The position numbers were made by a program, and so were the translations under genes. A stretch of 64,000 nucleotides of DNA from assembly GCA_047602405.1 (NCBI GenBank), contig JASGHJ010000001.1:2240001-2304000 (forward strand), given 5' to 3'. Under the pieces are notes generated by a model, which saw only the letters and a program-made list of their open reading frames with translations, had not been told where the DNA came from and did no database searches. Below, one piece after another: positions 9,350 to 17,713 of this stretch. Within the stretch, counting starts at the first letter, position 1; every line of letters starts with the position of its first letter. The stretch comes from Anaeromyxobacteraceae bacterium. Its GTDB lineage: Bacteria; Myxococcota; Myxococcia; Myxococcales; Anaeromyxobacteraceae.

Positions 9350-11047
9350 CTACTTCTTCTCGAGCTTCGCCTTCAGGAGGTCCCCGAGCGTCCCGAAGCC
9401 CTTGCCGGACTGCTTCGGCGCGGTCTTCTTCAGGTACTCGGCCGCCTCGGCGCGCTCGGCGGCGTCCTCGGCGCCCGACTTCGAGAGCCGGATGCGGTGC
9501 TGCTCGTCGATCGCGAGGACGAGCACCTTGAAGGTGTCGCCCGGCTTGAACGAGCGGCGGAGGTCGGCGCCGCGCGGCGTGCCGGTCTCGCTCGCGGGCA
9601 CGAGGCCGCGGCCGCCGGCGAAGCGCACGAAGACGCCGAAGCTCTCGATCTTGTCGACGCTCGCCTCGACCACGTCGCCGACCTTCGGCGGCGGGGGTGG
9701 GGCGGGGCGCTCCGGGCGCGGCGGCGCATCGGGCACCGGCGCGGGCTCGGGCCTCGGCTGCAGCGCCTTCACCGACAGCGCGATGCGCTCGCCCTTATGC
9801 CCCCGGCGTCCTGAGGTGCCCGGCACCGAAGCCGGGGGCTTCGGGTCCTCGTCGATGCGCAGCACCTGCACGGAGACCGTGTCGCCGGCCTTCAGGAGGT
9901 CGCCCGGCTTCGACGTGCGGTCCCAGGCGAGCTCGGAGACGTGCACGAGCCCCTCGACGCCGCCGAGGTCCACGAACGCGCCGTAGTCCTGCACGCTCGT
10001 GACGGTGCCCTCGAAGATCGCGCCCGGCGCGAGCTTCTCGCGGGTGGCCTGCGCCTTCTGGGCCCGCTCCTCCTCGAGGAGCGCGCGGCGCGAGAGGACG
10101 GCGTCGCGGCCGTCGGCGCGCTGCACCTTGAACTGGAGCTTCTGGCCGACGAAGACCGACGGGTCGGCGACGAAGCGCACGTCCACCTGGGAGATCGGGC
10201 AGAACGCCCGCTCGCCGTGGACCTCGACCTCGAGGCCGCCCTTGTTCACGGCCTTCACGATCCCCTCGACCGGCAGGCCGGTCTGGGCCGCCTCGACGAG
10301 CGCCTCGCGGGCGTGGTCGCGCGGGGTCTTCGCGTGCCCGCGGGAGACGAGCACGCCGCGGTCGGTCGCCTGGATGACGACGCCGTCCACGATGTCGCCC
10401 TCGCGGAGCGTGACGTTGCCCTCGTCGTCCTTCAGCTCGGCGACGTCGATCATGCCCTCGGCGACGCCCGAGCCGAGCTCGAGGAACGCCACGTCGTGGC
10501 CGAGCTGGATGATCTTCCCCGCGACCTTCTCGCCGACGGCGAAGCGGCGGCGCGGGGCGGCCGCGGCGCCGGAGGCGGCGAGCATGTCCGCGAAGGAGCC
10601 CTCGTCGGGCGCCTCGACCTCGGGCGCCGGGGGCGGCGCGCCCTTCGGCGTGGGCGGGGCCTTCGGCTCGGCTCCCTCGACTCCGGGGCCGCTGTCGCGG
10701 CCCCTACGCTCGGGATGGGCGGAGGAGCGACCCTCGCGACCGCCGCGATCACCGCGGCCACCGGGCGGACCGCCGCGGCCGGGAGGACCGCCCCGGCCAC
10801 CGGGGCCACCGGGCCCGCGGCCGCGCGGGCCGGGCCTGCCGCCGCCACCGGGCGCGCCGGCCTTGTCGGCGACGCGCTGCCAGAGGGGCCGATCGTCCTT
10901 CTCCACCGCGGTGGACGCGGCGCGAGGCGCGGGCGCGAGGACCTCTTCCTGCGGCGCCTCGATCGGCGCGCCGGGCGGGGGCGGCCGGAGGTGGACCTTG
11001 CGAACCACGACCGGGCCCGACTCCTTCTTCTGCTTCTCGTCGGACAT
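9350..11047 (-). CDS. Multi-S1 RNA-binding domain protein (RpsA-like paralog) with a Gly/Arg/Pro-rich N-terminus
   Basis: Four S1-like repeats (e.g. GTVTSVQDYGAFVDLGGVEGLVHVSELAW) and a C-terminal GFGTLGDLL tail. Confidence 0.88.
   Translation of the reverse strand: MSDEKQKKESGPVVVRKVHLRPPPPGAPIEAPQEEVLAPAPRAASTAVEKDDRPLWQRVADKAGAPGGGGRPGPRGRGPGGPGGRGGPPGRGGPPGGRGDRGGREGRSSAHPERRGRDSGPGVEGAEPKAPPTPKGAPPPAPEVEAPDEGSFADMLAASGAAAAPRRRFAVGEKVAGKIIQLGHDVAFLELGSGVAEGMIDVAELKDDEGNVTLREGDIVDGVVIQATDRGVLVSRGHAKTPRDHAREALVEAAQTGLPVEGIVKAVNKGGLEVEVHGERAFCPISQVDVRFVADPSVFVGQKLQFKVQRADGRDAVLSRRALLEEERAQKAQATREKLAPGAIFEGTVTSVQDYGAFVDLGGVEGLVHVSELAWDRTSKPGDLLKAGDTVSVQVLRIDEDPKPPASVPGTSGRRGHKGERIALSVKALQPRPEPAPVPDAPPRPERPAPPPPPKVGDVVEASVDKIESFGVFVRFAGGRGLVPASETGTPRGADLRRSFKPGDTFKVLVLAIDEQHRIRLSKSGAEDAAERAEAAEYLKKTAPKQSGKGFGTLGDLLKAKLEKK
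9797..9838. repeat. 42-bp palindromic in-frame insert in an S1 domain loop
   Basis: GCCCCCGGC/GCCGGGGGC arms around GGTGCC/GGCACC; atypical codons; removal gives ..DPKKGERIALS. Confidence 0.6.
10673..10722 (-). repeat. Palindromic REP-like element, family 1 (inside the S1-protein gene)
   Basis: CCGCCCA-TCCC-GAGCGTAG-GGGCCGC-GACA-GCGGCCC-CGGAGTCGA-GGGA, translated as AHPERRGRDSGPGVEG. Confidence 0.85.
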
Positions 11048-11097
11048 GACCGGCGACCTCATAGCACAACGCCCGGCGGGGGCGTAAAACAGCCGGC

Positions 11098-11451
11098 GTG
11101 GACCACCGCCGCGTCGCCGTCTTCCTGTCCCACGCCGATCCGGGGGCCCTCCGGCTCGCGGCCTCCGCGGCCATGACAGGGGTGTCGATGGGCGCCCGGG
11201 TGGACGTGTTCCTGTTCGGCCCGGCCGTCACCGCGCTCGTGGAGGCCGCCGGCGGGGAGGCCGACCCGGGCGAGCCCGCCGGGCAGCTGCACGCGGCGCG
11301 CGGGGAGGGGGTCCGCCTCGTCGCGTGCAGCGCGAGCCTCGTGGAGGAGAAGGTGCCACTCGACCGGGCCGAGCGGGCGCTCGACGCGGTGGTCGGCTGG
11401 CCGACCATCCTGGAGTGGACCCGAGAGGTCGTGGAGCGCTTCAGCTTCTGA
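11098..11451 (+). CDS. DsrE/DsrF-like family protein
   Basis: Small alpha/beta protein with VDVFLFG, GVRLVACSAS and VVGWPTIL segments. Confidence 0.7.
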   Translation: MDHRRVAVFLSHADPGALRLAASAAMTGVSMGARVDVFLFGPAVTALVEAAGGEADPGEPAGQLHAARGEGVRLVACSASLVEEKVPLDRAERALDAVVGWPTILEWTREVVERFSF

Positions 11452-11505
11452 GAGCAGGAAGATCGCACCCTCCGCGAGCGTTCCAGCAACCGGGAGCCTC
11501 TCACC

Positions 11506-12684
11506 ATGGTCAGCGTCAGCCTCACTCCGCCCCCCAGCCGAGATGGCGGGTCCTCCGGCGGCGTCCTCCGCCTCGCCTTCCTCGCCGTGCTCGTCGGCGC
11601 CGCGCTCGGCGCCGGCTTCTGGCTCGGCCGCGCGACCGCGCCCGCCTCGATCTCCGCCGCCGCGCCCACCCCGCAGGCAGCGGCTTCCGCGGCCAGCTCA
11701 CCCGCGGCCATCCCGGGCACCCTCGCCGCCCCGCCGGGCCAGGCGGTCGCGCCCCCGGCAGCAGCGCCGGCCCAGCCCGCGCCCCTCGCCGCCGCGCCGG
11801 CACAGCCCGCGTCCGCCGCCGCGGCGCCCCCCGCCGCGGCCCCCACGTCGGGGCGCCTCGTCGCGACCATCCAGGGCCCGCTCGAGGAGGCGGTGGCGCG
11901 CGCGATCCCGCCGGCCGACCGCGACCTCGCCGAGCAGCTCACGCAGGTCGTGAACCGGCTCCTCGTCTGGGACCTGCGCGTCTCCCGCGAGGCGGTCAGG
12001 GGCGACCGGCTCGAGGTGCTGTACCGTCGCGCCGGGACCGTGGTCGCGGACGGCGCGGCCCGCCCGGAGCCGGTCGTGCTCGCGGCGCGCTACGCCTCGC
12101 AGAAGCTCGGGCGCACCCTCGAGGCGTGGCGCTTCCAGGCGCCCGGCGAGGCGTGGCCCCGCTACTACCGGACCGACGGGCACGAGCTCGAGGAGCGGCT
12201 CGTGGACGCTCCGCTCGACGACTACGACCAGGTCACCTCCCTCCTGCGCGACGGCCGCCGCCACGAGGGCGTGGACTTCCGGACCCCGGTGGGCACCCCG
12301 GTGAAGGCGCCGTTCGACGGCGTGCTCGAGCGGAAGAACTGGAACTGGCGGGCGAACGGCAACTGCCTCGAGCTGCGCGACGTGGCGACGGGCCGGGTGG
12401 CGAAGTTCCTCCACCTCGACGAGCTGCCGAAGGACCTGAAGCCCGGCGCCCGCTTCGCGAAGGGCGCGCCGATCGCGCGGTCCGGCAACTCGGGCCACTC
12501 CTTCGCGCCGCACCTCCACTACCAGCTCGAGGACGCCTCGGGCCGGGTGCTGGATCCGTTCGAGATCCACCGCACCACCCGGCGCGCGCTGCCCGACGCC
12601 GCGCGCCCTGCCTTCGACGCGGAGCGCGCCCGCCTCGCCGCGGCGCTCGGCGACGACGCGCTCGCCGCGGCCGCGACCCGGTAG
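11506..12684 (+). CDS. M23 family metallopeptidase, membrane anchored
   Basis: N-terminal TM helix, Ala/Pro linker, HEGVDF and GNSGHSFAPHLHY motifs. Confidence 0.88.
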   Translation: MVSVSLTPPPSRDGGSSGGVLRLAFLAVLVGAALGAGFWLGRATAPASISAAAPTPQAAASAASSPAAIPGTLAAPPGQAVAPPAAAPAQPAPLAAAPAQPASAAAAPPAAAPTSGRLVATIQGPLEEAVARAIPPADRDLAEQLTQVVNRLLVWDLRVSREAVRGDRLEVLYRRAGTVVADGAARPEPVVLAARYASQKLGRTLEAWRFQAPGEAWPRYYRTDGHELEERLVDAPLDDYDQVTSLLRDGRRHEGVDFRTPVGTPVKAPFDGVLERKNWNWRANGNCLELRDVATGRVAKFLHLDELPKDLKPGARFAKGAPIARSGNSGHSFAPHLHYQLEDASGRVLDPFEIHRTTRRALPDAARPAFDAERARLAAALGDDALAAAATR

Positions 12685-12943
12685 CCCCGCGGGCGGGGCG
12701 CGCAGGACCCCGCCCGCCCGGCCCAAGCGCGCGCAGACACTCGGTACACGCAGGGTCCGTCCGGCCCCTCCCCCATCACCCGCTGCGGGGAGGCGGGGAA
12801 GGTGACAACATCCCCTGCGGTGTACTGGGCCCTCGCCACCTCCGTCGATCCGACCCGGTTCCGGACCCTCGATCCCGGACGAGCGGTCGTCGACCGCCGC
12901 GGCCGAGCCCGCGCCGCAGGCCACCCGGACCCCGAGGGACAAG

Positions 12944-13444
12944 GTGACGGTGTCCGCCGGCGCGAAGGCGCTCGGCGGGCAGCAGCTCACGCCGGAGGAG
13001 CAGCAGGCCGTCGAGAGGCTGAAGGCCCGCGACGCCGAGGTCCACGCCCACGAGGCCGCGCACATGGCGTCGGCGGGCGCGGCCGGCGGCGGGGCGAGCT
13101 ACACGTACGAGCTCGGGCCGGACGGCCGGCTGTACGCGGTGGGCGGCGAGGTGCCGGTCTCGCTGCGCTCGGGGTCGACCCCGGACGAGACCATCGCGAA
13201 CGCCGAGCGCGTCCAGCGCGCCGCGCTCGCGCCCGCGAGCCCGTCCTCCCAGGATCTCGCGGTGGCCGGGATGGCCGCGCGGATGATCGCCGACGCGCGC
13301 GCGCAGAAGGCGCGCGAGGCCTCCAGGGCGTACGAGAAGGTCCGCGGCCGGCTGACGGGCGACGACGCGACCGGCGAGGCCCGGCCGGGCCTGCCCTCGG
13401 CGCCCGCGGCGGACGCCGAGGTCGAGCCCGGGCTGGCGGCGTAG
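12944..13444 (+). CDS. SprA-related family protein
   Basis: RDAEVHAHEAAH, YTYELGPDGRLYAVGGEV, AALAPASPSSQD motifs; start uncertain. Confidence 0.75.
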   Translation: MTVSAGAKALGGQQLTPEEQQAVERLKARDAEVHAHEAAHMASAGAAGGGASYTYELGPDGRLYAVGGEVPVSLRSGSTPDETIANAERVQRAALAPASPSSQDLAVAGMAARMIADARAQKAREASRAYEKVRGRLTGDDATGEARPGLPSAPAADAEVEPGLAA

Positions 13445-13497
13445 GCGCGAGGTGCGCCCCGCCGCTCAGGGTGCTCCGCGCCCCGCGGCTGCGGGCT

Positions 13498-14826
13498 TCA
13501 GGCGCCCTTGCCGCCGCCGGCGGCGGCCCACTTCTCGAGCATCTCGGTCGTGACCGACTTCGGGCGCTCGAGCGCGTAGCCGAGCCCGCGATCCCACACG
13601 AGGTTCGCGAGCACGCCGAGGGCGCGGCCGACGCCGAAGAGTACGGTGTAGAACTCGTACTCCCGCACGCCGTAGTGCCACTGGATGACGCCGGAGTGCG
13701 CGTCCACGTTGGGCCAGGGGTTCTTCGTCTTGCCGTGCTTCGTGAGCACGCCCGGCGCGACCTCGAGCATGAGGTTCACGAGCTGGAAGAACGGATCGTC
13801 CGGCATGTGCTTGCGGGCGAACTCGTTCTGGGCGGTGAAGCGCGGGTCGGTCTTGCGGAGCACGGCGTGGCCGTAGCCGGGGATCACCTGGCCGGCGTTG
13901 AGCGTGTCCCACAGGAACTTCTCGAGCTGCTCCTTCGACGGGACCTTGCCGTCGAGCTTCTTCATCGCCCCCTGGATCCAGCCCAGGACCTCCTGGTTGG
14001 CGAGGCCGTGCAGCGGGCCGGCGAGGCCGTTGATGCCGGCGGCGAGCGAGTAGTAGGCGTCGGAGAGCGCGGAGCCGACGAGGTGGGTCGCGTGGGCCGA
14101 GACGTTCCCGACCTCGTGGTCCGAGTGCAGGATGAAGTACATGCGCGCCACGTCGTCGTACGGCGGCGGCACGCCCATCATCCGGGCGAAGTTGCCGCCC
14201 CAGTCGAGCTTCGCATCCGGCTCGATGAACGTGTCCTGCTTGTACTTCATCCGGTAGATGTACGCGGCGACGCGCGGGAGCCGCGCGAGCAGCGTCATCG
14301 CGTCCTCGTAGGTCGGCTCCCAGTAGTCGGCCTTCTTGAGGTTGCCCTCGTGGTACCGGTGCGCGAACGTCGACTCGCGCTGCATCGAGACGATCGCCGC
14401 CGAGAGCATCGTCATCGGGTGGCTGTCGCGGGGCAGCGCGCGCAGCACGTCGAACACGTAGCTCGGGACCTGGCCGCGCTCGCGCCAGTCGGCGACGACC
14501 TCGCGCGCCTGCTCGAGGGTCGGGATCTCGCCGGTGAGCAGGAAGTAGAAGAAGGACTCGACGGTGGGCTGCTCCATGCCCGGCTCGCGGGGCAGGGCGG
14601 CGAACGTCTCCGGGATGGTCTTCCCGCGGAACCGGATGCCCTCCTGGGGATCCAGGTACGAGATGTCCGTGACGAGGCACTTCACGTCGCGGGCGCCGCC
14701 GATCGCCTGGCCGATCGTCACCTCGTCGATGACGACCTTGTCGAACTCCTTGATGAGACGCTGGGTGCGCGGGCGAAAGGCCTCGATCTTGGCCTTCAGG
14801 GTCCGCTTGAGCGTGGTGTCGGACAT
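13498..14826 (-). CDS. gltA: Citrate (Si)-synthase, eukaryote-like type
   Basis: GGARDVKCLV, GIRFRG, HSDHEVGNVSAH, GLAGPLHGLANQEVL, PGYGHAVLRKTDPR, NPWPNVDAHSG motifs. Confidence 0.95.
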   Translation of the reverse strand: MSDTTLKRTLKAKIEAFRPRTQRLIKEFDKVVIDEVTIGQAIGGARDVKCLVTDISYLDPQEGIRFRGKTIPETFAALPREPGMEQPTVESFFYFLLTGEIPTLEQAREVVADWRERGQVPSYVFDVLRALPRDSHPMTMLSAAIVSMQRESTFAHRYHEGNLKKADYWEPTYEDAMTLLARLPRVAAYIYRMKYKQDTFIEPDAKLDWGGNFARMMGVPPPYDDVARMYFILHSDHEVGNVSAHATHLVGSALSDAYYSLAAGINGLAGPLHGLANQEVLGWIQGAMKKLDGKVPSKEQLEKFLWDTLNAGQVIPGYGHAVLRKTDPRFTAQNEFARKHMPDDPFFQLVNLMLEVAPGVLTKHGKTKNPWPNVDAHSGVIQWHYGVREYEFYTVLFGVGRALGVLANLVWDRGLGYALERPKSVTTEMLEKWAAAGGGKGA

Positions 14827-14929
14827 CGGGTCTCTCCGGGCGCTGGGGGGGATCCAGAGGACTGCGCGCCCGGCGCGTGGGACCGCCGGGAGCGGGCGAA
14901 ATCTACCCGTCCGAGGGCGGTGCCGCAAA

Positions 14930-14962
14930 GACAAACGACCGTGCGGCCAGGACAGACGACCG
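14930..14962. promoter_or_regulatory. Direct repeat with 21-bp period upstream of gltA (candidate regulator site)
   Basis: GACAAACGACCG (14930-14941) and GACAGACGACCG (14951-14962). Confidence 0.4.
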
Positions 14963-14995
14963 CCAGAAACCCAGGCCGGAACGCGAGGTTTGGTC

Positions 14996-15427
14996 TCAGC
15001 CGCGCCCGGCGGCCAGCGCGGCTGCGATCTCGGCGGCCGGGTTCCGGCGGGCGGGTGTGGCCGGCGCGTCGGCGTCGATCGAGGGGGCTCCGTCGAGGGG
15101 GGACTCCCCGGAAGTCGGGGACTCCTCGGCCTGTGAGGTTTCCTTGCCCTTGCCGGTGCCCGCGCCCGACCGGCAGCTCCGGCACCAGGGCTGGTTGCGG
15201 ATCGTGCCGTCGGACATCTTGCGGAGCCCGAACAGCGAGAGGGGCCGCATCTTGTGGCACTTCTGGCACATGAGGGTGATGAGCACCTCGTTGCCGTCCG
15301 CGTCATAGACCGCGGAGCGCCGCCGCTTGGGCTTCGGCGTGGCCGCGGCCTCGCGGCGGGGAGCGGGCGCCGGCTTCGCGGTGTCGCCCTTCACGATTGC
15401 AGACGCCACCATGACCTTGACGGCCAT
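14996..15427 (-). CDS. Hypothetical protein with a CxxC...CxxC zinc-finger-like motif
   Basis: GGAGG RBS; CQKCHK..FGLRKM..NQPWCRSC; coding-like codon bias. Confidence 0.75.
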   Translation of the reverse strand: MAVKVMVASAIVKGDTAKPAPAPRREAAATPKPKRRRSAVYDADGNEVLITLMCQKCHKMRPLSLFGLRKMSDGTIRNQPWCRSCRSGAGTGKGKETSQAEESPTSGESPLDGAPSIDADAPATPARRNPAAEIAAALAAGRG

Positions 15428-15586
15428 CGCTTCGACCTCCTCGACTGCTGGACTGTTCAGAACGCCACCCGAGGGCAGCGCCCGGAACGCTAGTCGGCGG
15501 GTCTGACATCGGGGGCAGGGGCCCTCCGCAAGCGCGGCGGAAAACCGCAAGGGCGCGCCCTCGACCGCGGCGGCGCGTGTGCGAGC

Positions 15587-15955
15587 ATGTCGGGTGGGGG
15601 GAGGGCTGACTTGCCGGTCGACCAGCACTGGGCCGACTTTCGCACCGTCGCGGTGTTCGGGAGCACCCCGGACGCGGAGCGCGCGCGCGGCCTCCTCGAG
15701 TCGGACGGCATCGTCGCGGCGGTGCAGGACGCGGTGGAGGACGCGCCGCGGCCCGACGTGCTCTGCATCCGCCTCCTCGTCCCCGCGAGCGACCTCGCCC
15801 GCGCCCGCGATCTGCTCGCGCCGGACCTCGAGCGCGAGCACCACGCCGAGCCCGTTGCCGCGCCGGCCCCGGAGGTGGACGCGACGTGGACCGTGGCCTG
15901 GCTCGCGCTGCTCGCCGCGGCGCTGGCGGCGCTGCTCGCGGCCTTCAGCATCTGA
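15587..15955 (+). CDS. DUF2007-like small protein with a C-terminal TM helix
   Basis: FRTVAVF..AERARGLLESDGI..IRLLVPASDLARARDLL pattern and a hydrophobic C-terminus. Confidence 0.6.
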   Translation: MSGGGRADLPVDQHWADFRTVAVFGSTPDAERARGLLESDGIVAAVQDAVEDAPRPDVLCIRLLVPASDLARARDLLAPDLEREHHAEPVAAPAPEVDATWTVAWLALLAAALAALLAAFSI

Positions 15956-16177
15956 GGTGCGCGCCTCGGCCGCGCCCGAAAACGGATTTTGCTGGCAGCA
16001 AAGTGCACCCGCAGCGAACGGCCGCACACCGTGGAGGCATCCCCGCGCGGTTCCGGATTTCCCCGATGGCCCTTTCGGGCGTTTGGGCCTACACGCTCGG
16101 GCAACCCAGCACCCCGCATTCCCCGGCGAAGACGTGCCCTCGCGGCCGCCCATCGCCCGGCAAAGGAGGAGGACCTC

Positions 16178-17439
16178 ATGAAGAAGCTCGCCCTCGCCAT
16201 CGCGCTCGTCGCGTCGCTCGCCCCCGCGGCGGCCCGCGCCCAGTACGCGGCGTCGCTCCGCCTCGGCTACGCCGTCGGCGTCCAGGACTACGCCAAGGAC
16301 ATCAAGATGCGGGACACCCTGAACTCCCAGGTGCCCATCCAGCTCGACCTCGGGTTCAAGGTGCTCCCGAAGGTGACGCTCGGCGCGTACGTGTCCTACG
16401 GCTTCGCGCACGTCGGCAGCGCCTGCCCGGTGGACGCCTCCTGCAGCGGCAACGTCACCGACTTCGGCCTCCAGCTCCAGTACCGGTTCGCCACGCGCCC
16501 GGTCAGCCCGTGGGCGAGCGTCGGCGTCGGCTGGGAGAAGACCTCCTTCGAGGTCGAGAAGGCGAAGACGAAGGCCGAGGGCCTCGACCTCCTCCGGCTG
16601 GCCGCCGGCTGGGAGTGGCCGGTGAACGACACGTTCGGCGTCGGCCCGTTCGTCCAGTACCAGCTCGGCCGCTACGAGAGCTACACGATCCCCGGCACGA
16701 CGAGCGACCCGGGCAAGACGATTCACGGCTGGTTCACCATCGGGTTCCGCGGCACGTTCGACGACCTCGCCGACTGGGACGCCGCCGCGCGCGCGGCCGC
16801 CGAGAAGGCCGCCGCGGAGAAGGCCGCCGCCGAGAAGGCGGCCGCCGACAAGCTCGCCGCCCAGAAGGCCGCGGCCGAGAAGGCCGCCGCCGAGGCGAAG
16901 GCGGCCGCCGACGCCGCCGCCGCGAAGGCCGCCGCCGAGGCCGCCGCGGCCAAGGCCGCCGCCGAGGCCGCGAAGCCGGACCGCGACGGGGACGGCATCC
17001 CGGACGACTCCGACGCCTGCCCGGACCAGAAGGGCGAGCGGTCGAGCGACCCGAAGAAGAACGGCTGCAAGCAGCTCATCGTCGTGACCGAGAAGGGCTT
17101 CGACCTCAAGGAGAAGATCCAGTTCAACACCGGCAAGGCGACCATCAACCCGGTCTCCGAGCCGTCCTGAAGTCGGTCGCCGAGGCGCTCGCCGCGCACC
17201 CGGAGATCAAGAAGCTGTCGGTCGAGGGCCACACCGACAACGTCGGCGCCGAGGCCACCAACACGGCGCTCTCGAAGAAGCGCGCCGCCGCGGTGGTCGA
17301 CTGGCTCGTGAAGAAGGGCGGCGTGTCCGCCGACCGGCTGGTCTCCACCGGCTTCGGCCCGACGAAGCCGATCGCCGACAACGCCACGGAGGAGGGCCGC
17401 TCGGCCAACCGCCGCGTCGAGATGGTGATCGTGAAGTAG
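16178..17439 (+). CDS. OmpA family outer-membrane protein (beta-barrel, Ala/Lys linker, Ca-binding repeat, OmpA-C), frameshift near 17162
   Basis: Strong RBS, signal peptide, amphipathic strands, AAAEK repeats, DRDGDGIPD..DACP; EGHTDNVG and NRRVE lie in the shifted frame. Confidence 0.88.
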
Positions 17440-17468
17440 GCAAGGCGTCGGTCGCTCACCGCGGCCTC

Positions 17469-17511
17469 GAAGGCCCGATCCGCTCCGTGCGGGTCGGGCC
17501 TTCTCGCTTTT
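17469..17511 (+). terminator. Intrinsic terminator
   Basis: GAAGGCCCGATCCGC/GCGGGTCGGGCCTTC stem followed by TCGCTTTT. Confidence 0.7.
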
Positions 17512-17713
17512 CGCGGCCTGCAGCCCGCGGCGCACCATGGTCCCACGACGCGCGCCCCTCCCTGCACCCGGCTCACGGAGGGTGTGTGGCAGCGGACCAC
17601 ACCATGAACGTCCGACAGATCGGACGCTCGGTCTGGACGCACAGTGGGTGCGCAACCCCACCGCCGTCGCTGGCAGCCGCCGAATCCGCCCGGATCCGGG
17701 CAGGAGGCCGTAA

